Source: Trichosphaerium sp. ATCC 40318
Taxonomy: Eukaryota; Protista; Tubulinea
Length of the DNA stretch: 64,000 nt
Assembly: GCA_038496445.1 (NCBI GenBank)
Contig: JALMLS010000420.1
Location: forward strand, 434,001 to 498,000
Direction of reading: 5' to 3'
The translations under genes were made by a program, and so were the position numbers. Every line of letters begins with the position of its first letter. The first letter of the stretch is position 1. This document shows, piece after piece, positions 53,973 through 64,000 of this stretch. The notes below the pieces were generated by a model. The model was given only the letters and a program-made list of their open reading frames with translations. It searched no databases and had not been told where the DNA came from.

Positions 53973-56900
53973 TCATTGCTCTTAACTAATAAATCCTTTC
54001 AATTGCATGCAGTCAAGTTCTTAAATGTTTGTGGTTTAAACCAAAACGGTAGGCATGAAATTTGGCTTCATAAGTCTTCTAAGAGACCATTGTCTCGCGT
54101 TGATTGAGACAATGAAAGCGAAACAAGGGAGTATTGGATAGAGAAAAATCGTGAAGAAAAAATACCAAAAAAGTGCAAAAAAAGTCTTGGTTTTGACTTC
54201 CGTCAGCAATGCTGATTTATCAAGCGGCTTTCGATCAAGTACGTGGTATTTCAAAGACGAAGCTAAGGGCTCTTAAGAGGGCGATTGTCTAAAATGGCGA
54301 AACCTCATAGCTGCTACAATGATATTCGAATTCTTACAAAATAATATCTCTTAGACTTCTTGGTGATGGCTCAAAGGACTGTAGGCTTCTTCCTTCAAAT
54401 GTACACCTAAATGTCATGAAAAGTGTAAGGTTGTGCACCTAACCTAATAAACAGCGAACTTAATCCAGGGCAATCAGTTGTTCATTGTTACGTATTTATG
54501 CTGTTTTTTTTACATGTCCACGTATTAAAGATGTTGAAGTGTTGATAGAATCGTCCACACTCGCTTTAATGATGCTGAATCTGCGACAGTATTCCCGGAG
54601 GTCATTGTACTGGATTACACGGAAAGCGTGGTAGGAGTGTACTGAACCGGAGTTTAAACAAAAAATTCGGATATTCCGTTCTCGAGAAAAAGTGAAGTAC
54701 TTGAATGAACCCTAAATCAACAGTACGCGTAAGTATTCAACAAATTACCCTAACAAGTTGCGAGAGGAACAATTGCAAATATAGAAAACAAAAAAAAACA
54801 AGCCTAGAACTATCACGTGATTTATTGACATCTGAACTGTTCTGGCAAGGTAGGTTTGTACCTGTATAGGAGTTACGAAAGAATTAAATGTGCTAACCAG
54901 TGACACGTTTTCTGGAGGTCCGTTTGTGTGTTATCATAACCATTACAGTAATAAAGTTGAACTGAAGGCATTAACCTTTCATAATACTGAAGTTGCGGCA
55001 GCGCTGAACAAATTTTAGTGGCCAACATACATGCTTGTTACTCATATACTAGTGACGTTGCCAAGGAAGTTCTTCTGTGACTTCCATCACAAACTTTGCT
55101 ACAACGAGTACTAGTAGCGATTGAAGTTCTTAGTGAGTGGCTCTATTGATGTATAGAAAGTATGAACCTGTTGGGAGGTAATAGGGTAGCAGCGGCGAGA
55201 AGAGTGTTGAACATGAGTTGAAAAAATGTCCGTAATATCCATATTGTTTCTACTACAACCAGTCTTCGCTCTCTCCAAGCAATAAAGCATTGCAATAAGG
55301 CAAGGAAATAGCTTTTTAACTCAAGTAGCATAGCACTAGCGTCTCTTTCTAACATGTTGCTACAGGCAGTGGAGGGATCATAAGGTGTCTCCGTTCGGGA
55401 GATACCTTCTACAAGATATAATGCTACAATGCTAGTAAGAGGCTCCCTGATTTCATGGTTTACTTCACACCAACGCACATCGACTTTTCTGACGCTGTAT
55501 AACACAACGAAATACTTTATTTCTGAGCTTCCGACTCGAAGCAACCGCGTAAATTAACACCCCTTCGTTAAACACTACAGGCACGTGATTTTTATTATCT
55601 TTCAAGTTAAAAACCCCAAAAGAAATCACCTCTGAGATAAAATACTTTAATAAATTACTCATCATTTACCTTTTCTAGACGCGACAACAAAGTTCGTACC
55701 TCCATTACCGCTTGGTTACATACGAGTAGTTTTCAAAAAACCCAACAAAGAAATCAGCCAGACGCTAGCTTAGAGGAAAAAAGCAGTCTGGGCGTCTTTT
55801 TTAGCTTTCTCGTAATATGGTACACCGGTCGAACCATCCCATTTGTCTTTAACGATAAATCATTACATATGACAGTCGTCCTGAAATCACATTGCCAAAC
55901 TCAATCACTGGCATTCCACCCTCTTCGCCAACTCCAAAGTATTCACAACATTCACCTATCACCATGATACCGACTACAAACAGAAGCCCTCAGTATTGTA
56001 CCGTACTAAACACAAGTAATATGGACGTCCCTACATACAGCGAGGTGAGCTTGGCCGCGAATGGCAACAAAGATGGTAAAGGTAATAAAGACAATGAGAG
56101 TACAGTACGTTGTTTTAAAAAGCAAACAAAACAGTATCCAAAAAATCTCTTCTGGAAGTAATTTTTTTATTCTTTGAGGTTAATTTTTACAAAGGATCCC
56201 TTCTCCCTCTTCTCATTGGACTATGACCCAATGCTGCAAAAGTTCTTCGGTAAAAATACTAGACCTATATTATATGCATTGGCTATGACAATATTCCTCA
56301 ACCTTGGCGTTGTACCTGTTGAAGGTCAGGAGGGAAGATATTATAATGTGATGTACGACGGTTTTTTTTACACTTCTTCAATATTACAATTACGGAGCGT
56401 TTGGTTTAACTTACCCATACTAGTAACCACGACTCGTTTATGCTCTCCATTGCAATTTTCTGCTCAGAGAAGAGTAAGAGACCTATTAACGCGTATAGCA
56501 CGTACAGATCAATATCTAGGTAAAGCCTTTTAATTTAAAAAAGGAACAACAGTTTGGTTTCTGAACAAAAAAAAAGTGTAACTTGTCTATTCGTAGGTGG
56601 GTTAATATGCTTGATACGCGTAAAAAAGGTCGTTCTTGGCGATTTACATTGAAAAAAACAGAAGCTGTGCGTTGGTGTGAAGTGAAACATGAAATAAGCA
56701 GCATTATAAATGAAAGCCTTGCTGTCACGTGGGTATGGAAGTGCAATAATAGTTCATCATACATGGAGCTTGATTCTTTCGACTTTGCTGTAAATATTGA
56801 TGCAGTGGCATGGGCTTGTTCATTATAACAAATGTAATAAACAAACGGAGGTTGGGGCTACATACAAAAGGCATTTTTAAAAAATTGTGAACACAGGAGT

Positions 56901-57403
56901 TTTATTACTATTACGCAGTTTATTGCTATTTCGGAAAGTGCACACCCCTACGTTTTCGGAAAATTTACATGTGTTTCCACAAAAGGTCTGGTTACAGGAA
57001 CACCTCAACAAAACGCATTCATCCAAAAGCAACATCATACCAAGCATCATTAACTTTGTAGATGTTTTATAGTTTTCATAGCTTGGCTATTTACCTGTAA
57101 CGTGACGGAGCGAAAAATAAAAGGTACACCCAAAATGAAACCTACAATAAGAAGTAATCTTTTAGTTCATTTTGCGAACCAAAACATTGCTGACAGTGGT
57201 TTCCACGCTTGAAAATAGCAAAGGGAAGTAAAATTCAGCTCCTTTTTTTCGAATTCGCCAAAGGCCGTTTGATTTCGGACCGTTTACGGAGCGGAGCGGT
57301 CTTTGCGTTTTGGTTCGTACCTGTTTTTTTTACCACCCCAGAATGACAACGTTAGTCAAACCAAGTACATGCAAGTAATGATCAAAACACAGCATATTTT
57401 AAT

Positions 57404-57871
57404 GAACTAAAGGCATTGGCTGGGGTTCGTACAATCGATCTGGCTTATACATCAGTGACCGATGATGGTGTGAAAGCATTAATTGGTGTTCACACAATTA
57501 ATCTTTGCTTTACATCAGTGACTGATGAGGGCGTTAAAGCATTGGCTGGTGTTAAAAAGATTTGTTTGAGTTACACATCTGTAACAGATGAAGGCATAAA
57601 GGCACTAGTTGGTGTTCATACCATTTTTGTAGCCAATTGTTATCACGTGACAAATGAAGGTGTTAAAGCACTGGATAGGGTTAACACTATTCGCATTAAT
57701 GGTAGTGGTGCTACTATTGATGTCATTGCATCACTTGAAAGTCTAGAAAATATTGTTGTTCTTAGCTCTAAAATTGCTTCAGCAATTAAAAAACAATTTC
57801 CGCATGTTAGAAGTGTTTGTGGCAGTTTTAAAGACATCATACTAAAGGATTTCGCTGATAAGCACCCCTAA
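57404..57871 (+). pseudogene. Third, 5'-truncated copy of the GVHTI-type LRR gene family (fragment or short gene)
   Basis: Four to five VTDEGVKALxGVHTI repeats; no in-frame ATG or F-box upstream. Confidence 0.6.
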
Positions 57872-58256
57872 GAGAGTATATCTTTTGTTCACCACAACAT
57901 GGTACAGCAAAGGCAATAATTGAAGTTTCTTAAAGGGATCAATGGATTTTTGTAATTAGATTGCCATTAGTAGTACCATTTTACATCTTGTTTATGGTTC
58001 AGGTATTTGAAAGTGATCATGTCGCAAATGATATGTCGGGTTTCATTTAAAGCAGAGACATTTCTTGGACAAGAGCATGTTTTGAGTTTTCTAGGCCTAC
58101 AATCATGTAAACCCTCGTGTTGTACTAAGAAATGGTATGTAATTGCCTGTTCCACAGGACTTTGCCTATGTGAGAAAAAGTGCTTCTTGTTTTAGAACGT
58201 GATTAGACAGAAATTTGTAGAATTTTGCTTGCAAAAGTTCATAGTGGTTAAAAACA

Positions 58257-60984
58257 ATGGTAACGCGTATTATAGTTTACGTGTTTGTCGCTCTAGCATT
58301 TATACAGGTATGAGCAGTACTAAAATACGTACATTTTCCTACCAAAACGAACGATACTTGTTATTACGTTTTGTTTTGACTGTGATATATTGCAAAGTGT
58401 TAAATCACATTTATAATTGGCGAAACGGTCAATAATAATGGATTTGCAATAGGTGATTGTCTCTCAAACGCCACCAACAGCGCCTACTGGTACATAAAAC
58501 TAAAAACGACTTCTATTTACCTTTTCAAGCCCCAATTGCTCCTATTGCGCCAGTAGCACCTACAACAGTTCCACCTACGAGCATTGCGCCTACAACTACC
58601 GTCCCACCCACAACTGTTGCACCTACAACTACTGCCCCATCTACAAAAGCACCTACAGATTCTCCAACACCTGTTGAACGTCTTATATGCTATATCTCAC
58701 CAGAGGGTTTGTCGACAGCACGTGGTTTTGTTTTGTTTCATTTGATTATTTTCGTTTACATCTTTCCACAGAACAACGGCACTGAAAACTTTCCTTTCTT
58801 CAACTTGAGCGATTGCTTCCATTCGCGTCCAAACTCAACAGTTGAAAAAGAAGCAATCATCATTGCTTCCAGTACGTTGTAACAGCTTAATCTACTTTCA
58901 GTAAAGTTTATTTTTAGGTGGTATGTACAACTACACAACTCAACAAAAAGCTGTTCTATCACGCCTAAATATTACAAGCATTACCATACAATCTACAAGC
59001 CAAGATGAAAAACCTATATTCCGCGGAAGCAAAGGATTGGTGCACACGGAAAACGAGTAGAACAGTCACATTTATCTTACTTTTTTCCTACAGGATCTTT
59101 GTTTCGATACTTCTATGCCACATATCATCGACAATATAGATGCTTACCCTTTTAAATTATGTGCTAATGGTGATAATTTCATTAATGACACAGTTAGAAT
59201 AGAGAATAGTATCTTACGTGATGGTAACGTTAGTTTAAAATTGTATACAAGTCAAAAAAAAAACTATTACTCGCTTGCTTTGTAGTAAATGCTATCTTTT
59301 TTTAGTTCACATCAACTTGGAGTTAATGAAGTCATTCACAGCAATATCTTCTACTATATCTGATCGCCTTGATCTGCCAAAGTTCTTATATTAGATGGAA
59401 TAATAATGGAAAATGTTATGCTATCAAATTTGGACATAAGTACGATCTTCTAACTCTTCTTCACTCAGTTTGTTCGCTGATAATATTCTACCCCAAAAGT
59501 ATCTCCCACCTGCTCAGAGCTGAACTTGTATAATGTCACCAGTTCACATGTGTATTATTCAACGAAATGTAAGAAAGGTAAGAAAAAGTTGCATTTAAAG
59601 TCTTCTTTTCGGATGCTCTTACCTAAAAACAATAACCTATTTAGCAATTATCAAGTCAAGTACTTTTGCAAAATCAAGCTTAGCTCTTGGTACATCAACG
59701 GTTGTCGAAATTGACGAATGTTCTTTTAATGCCTACAAAGGAAATCAAGATTCCGTAAGTTGATATTAATTTTTTATTGATCTACACGTTCTAAGTCTTT
59801 TCATAGCCTCTCCTAACCCTAGGATCGTTTATTAGTATTCAATATTACAATATATCCATACTTAACTCATCATTTACGGATAACTCGTACGTACAAACAC
59901 AACAGAACAACAGAACTCCTTTTTTTATTATTTGACAACAATTTAACAAGCGTTATGTTTTATTTCACAATTACTGTTTTTATGTCTATATTCAATACTT
60001 AAGTAAACATAGTGTTGAGTTTGACACTCCAGTAGTGTCTTATTTTTCTACTATATTGATCGACAGTTACTTTGGAAGATCAAGCAATTCATCAATTGCT
60101 ATCAGTGGATGTAGTTTTGTAAACAACACTGCAACTAGAGGCAACCTAACAGTCTTTGCAACCCCATTTGGTATTACTTCAGCAGACGCAATAGCCATCT
60201 ATTGGCCTAAAAATAGTGTACTTGATTTCATTGTTGAACCTAAACCATGTACGTTTTATTGCATCCACTTTAAATTGAAATCGATTTCTCGTACTTAAAA
60301 CAATTATAGCTTGTTTCCCCGGTACTGGTAGTTCGTCACAGAATCAGTCATGTTTTATGTGTGACTATGGTAAATATTCTCCACAAGGTGCTGAATGTGA
60401 AGATTGTCAAGTCGGTCACATTGCAGAAACTCGAGGTCATGCCGAGTGCACTGGTTGTTCTCCCGGAACATATCAAAATATGACGTACCTAGACATACTT
60501 TTACTTTAATTGATTTGCAACTTAGTGGACAAGAGTCCTGTGATTTGTGTCCTAGATGGACAATAGCCCCAGAAAAAGGACAAGCAAATTGCGCGTATTG
60601 CGAACCAGGGTTTTTCACTATGGACAATGAGCTGTGTCAAGCGTGTCCTTCAGGTTTGAACATACATTAAAGTATATTGTGTTGTAACAACACTTTTACT
60701 AGGTCAGTACCAAACACCTTATGACTCACACAGCCCACTCGTATGCACTGATTGTAAGTGGTTTCAAGGATCAAAGAAAGGGTCTATTAAGTGCAGCTGT
60801 GCGTATTTGTTCTTGCAAATGTAGTTTTGTCTCTTTCTTTACTGACCGTTTTTTTCTGTCAGTCGGAAGCCCACTTATCTACGTCGCCATCGCTGCTAGT
60901 ATATTAATTGTAGTATTGATTATCGTTGCGGTATTCATGATGTGTTGTAGAAAGAAAAAACGAGAGGGATACATGCAAGTTTAA
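58257..60984 (+). CDS. Type I membrane surface/lysosomal protein with mucin-like PT linker, Cys-rich (CxPG) repeats, TM and short tail
   Basis: Signal MVTRIIVYVFVALAF; APTT repeats; CxPG/CxxG repeats; TM LIYVAIAASILIVVLIIVAVF; tail ends GYMQV*. Confidence 0.75.
58529..58675 (+). repeat. Coding APTT/PPTT mucin-like repeat
   Basis: APTTVPPTSIAPTTTVPPTTVAPTTTAP. Confidence 0.7.
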
Positions 60985-61573
60985 GTCAAAACAACTAAAA
61001 TGAACTGTTCCTTTCTCAAGAAACCGAGAAAAAAAAAGCACAAATATCTGTCACCTTTTTTATATTGTGACTGTTAAGCGTCTCTTGACGTTGCACGTTA
61101 CATGACTAGTTTTCCAACAATGTTATCGCCTTGTTTGGCCGATCCTAGTACCAATTTGGCGTTGGAACAATAGCTCTTGCTTCGCAATATACAAGGACTT
61201 ACAACCCCTACGCGCAAGTTGCATTGCTTAAATAATGTTTGGTTGACTTGTAAGCTTCAATGAAGGAAAAGTGATTGTACATTGCATAAAACCAAAAGTT
61301 TTTATTTTCGGGAACATTATCACGCACAATTACCTTTGGTTGCGTGCTAATATAGTTCCCAACCATAGGACAAGGCATGTGTGACCCATATATTGAATAA
61401 AAACGCAACTATGGCCGAAATGGAATGGGTATTTCTTATTTGGCTTATAGAAAAAGTGCGTTCGTTTAACAGTACATTAATAGGCCCACGCCACTCGTAC
61501 AAAGCCAAAAACAAGAAGAGAAAGCAGAAAACCAAAACCGCTGCCGAGAATCGATAGTGTACAGCGAGCCAGT

Positions 61574-64000
61574 ATGAGGTCCCGACGTATAAGCAGTGTA
61601 CATCGTTTACCGCCTAAAAAGCCAGCTCCACTTGAAAAGGGCGTAAGTGTACCACCAAATTTAATTGGTTCGATAAATCACTTACACAAACGCAGGGCAG
61701 TTCACCGGACCTAAAAGATAAACAAATTTTTCGACCCACCCTACAAAGACGCAATTCTGAACCAGGACTATCCGGGGCGATAGCTGCACGCGAAAGTGAT
61801 AGCATAGAAACAAACAGCTCAGAAACAATTCATAGCAATTCGGCAACTGGATGGTACTACCAATAAAACTACTTTTACAGCGTGTTTATAGCTTATAGGA
61901 AGCGTGTTAGAAGAAATAGACAATATCGTACAGCACCAAGAGCTGTAGTTGGTACAAGAGGCTCAAAACTAGTACTTGATCCAGATTTACACGAAGGTAT
62001 GGTCTTTCTGTCCAAAGACTGTTTTTTTTTGAACGAGTCGCCTTTCTGACAAAAACTCCTCTAATAACCAACTAATATAGGTTGGCTACGCTACAATAAG
62101 AATCTAAAGTGGTTTAAGCTTAAACGCTATAAGCTAGAGTGCTATGATGAGATGTTTAGCGAAATACCAAATGCCAACATAAGCCTTGAATTTAGATACT
62201 TAAAAAGGATATCTGTACGCATATATTAATCATCACAAAGCGCCTGCAACATTATACAAAAAAAAAATAACCAACTGTTCAACAAAAAAAACAAAAAAAA
62301 TATCCATATCCAAGGACTACGTTTATAGCGATGTGTATCTTTGTAGTATGCTAAAAAAGATTTTTAGAGTGCAAAAGAAAAATGGGGCTTTAAAATATGC
62401 TCAAATGGAGGAGATGCTTCTCAAACTGCTTTACTTTATGCTGAAAATGAAGATGAACGTGATAAGTGGATAACCAAGATATGTGAAGTGTTATCTTTAT
62501 TCCAAAAGCAAACAAAGAATGGAGGTAAGATTGTCAGATGAACAAACAAGAAGGAAAAAAAAAAAAAAGACGTTTATTTTGAGGAGCCTTCTGTGGCGTT
62601 TTGTGGCTTTTTTTTAGGAACTCTTGGATTCGCTTTATGTTAATGATTGTTTAGGTAAGGTTGTTGATGTATTGGGATTCCCTAGTATAATGATATCGGC
62701 TTGGGTTGGTACATGGAATGTTGGTAATGCTATACCTGGGGATCTAACAGAATGGATTCCACATGAAGAGCGTTATGATATTTACGCTATTGGAGCACAA
62801 GAATGTGTTTATAAGGCACGAAATGGTCAACATAGCGTGCATAAAGACTGGGATACAAGGATAACAGTTCTCTTCGTACGTATCATTAAAGGCACCTCCA
62901 ACACGCAAACAAGAAAACAAATCACATTTTTTTATTACTTTCTATTGAAAGAAAAAAAAAACAAGCCACGTGTTTTTTGTTTCGGCACGTGTTAGTAATT
63001 TTTATTCACGTGTTTTCCTACACTAAGACATAAAAGAGGAACTAGAAAAGCCTTGTGCAGAGCTCAAAAGGTTTTTCGTTTTTCTGCTTTTTTGGCGTCT
63101 TTGGGTGCTAGAAACCTTCTTTTTTTAGTAATTGTTGCTTATGCAAATTTAGGGTGAAGACTACGAGGTTATTGCTACTCATAGTTTAATGGAGATCCGA
63201 AACATTGTAATTATAAAAAAGGAACTTATTAAACATGTATCTCAAGTAGGCACGCATTCAGTGCCTACTGGCATTGGTAACGTAGTAGGAAACAAGGTAA
63301 GTTATTTTTAGTCACCGCAACACGTGCGCCAATGTGTACTAAGCACAAACTTCAACAGTTGTACTTTACTATCCATCTGCATGCCGAAGAAGTTCTTGTG
63401 CACAAGAAATTCTTTTCACCTTTTTTCTTTCTTCATTCTTATTGTATCTTTAAAGGGCGGTGTTGGTATTTCTTTTATGCTATATGACGCTTCTTTTTGT
63501 TTTATATCAGCTCATTTTGCTGCACACCAAGAAGAAGTTCAGTCACGTAATGAAAATTTTAAGGGTGAGTGGCTAGACTTATTGCTTTTTGGGCAAATAC
63601 TGATTGTTGATTTTTTTTTTGTAGATATCTTGTCTGGTTTAAATCTCAGCAATCCAAAAGGCATTGATGTCACAAATATGTTTCAATTTGTATTTTGGTA
63701 TGGCGACTTGAATTATCGAATAGAAGCAAGTCGCTCTGAAGTATTAAGAGAGCTTGAAGAAGGACATTATACAAACTTGTTATGTACGATATATTTTTAG
63801 TTTTCACAGAATTTGTTGTGAGTCTCCAAAGAGCGCTCTAAAATCCTTTCTTGCACTGATTTTGAATCATCTTCTATGCATTAACTTACGCTATTGAGCC
63901 TCCATCTTTATTTCTGTTCACTGGTGTGCTATGTATTGATGTTTGTTTTTTTTAGGTAGAGATCAACTAATGAGAGAAAAAGAAGAGAGTAAAGTGTTCG
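61574..64000 (+). CDS. PH-domain inositol polyphosphate 5-phosphatase; runs off the window end
   Basis: PH motifs GWLR..WFKL and AENEDERDKW; GTWNVGN, DIYAIGAQEC, GNKGGV, SAHFAAHQ, FWYGDLNYRI and DQL. Confidence 0.93.

Overview
Gene-dense, AT-rich eukaryotic nuclear DNA in the standard genetic code, with many short spliceosomal introns (mostly about 40-120 nt, GT(A/G)NGT donors, CTAAC/CTGAC-like branch points). The gene content (stand-alone thymidylate synthase without DHFR, Zn2Cys6 transcription factor, hybrid histidine kinase, MscS-like channel) suggests a protist, plausibly an amoebozoan; this is an inference. About 26 genes or gene remnants were reconstructed by hand across introns. Familiar ones include TS, MSH2, TDG/MUG, NT5C3, an Nrc-2/Fpk1-type AGC kinase, a FYVE-TBC RabGAP, a SOUL protein, a reprolysin-like protease and a PH-inositol 5-phosphatase. 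The most unusual items are an F-box protein fused to an apparently intact Vint-type Hint (intein-like) autoprocessing domain; a roughly 10-fold excess of the palindrome CACGTG across the window; a membrane-anchored tandem alliinase/TAR-like protein whose first module lacks the PLP lysine; a His1-brace LPMO-like/ependymin fusion; an intron-containing giant-virus-type HNH nuclease; a bacterial-type PHB depolymerase full of introns; a 5x six-Cys repeat secreted protein; and several GC-AG introns. Multi-exon gene coordinates are outer bounds from manual splicing, and no database search was run.
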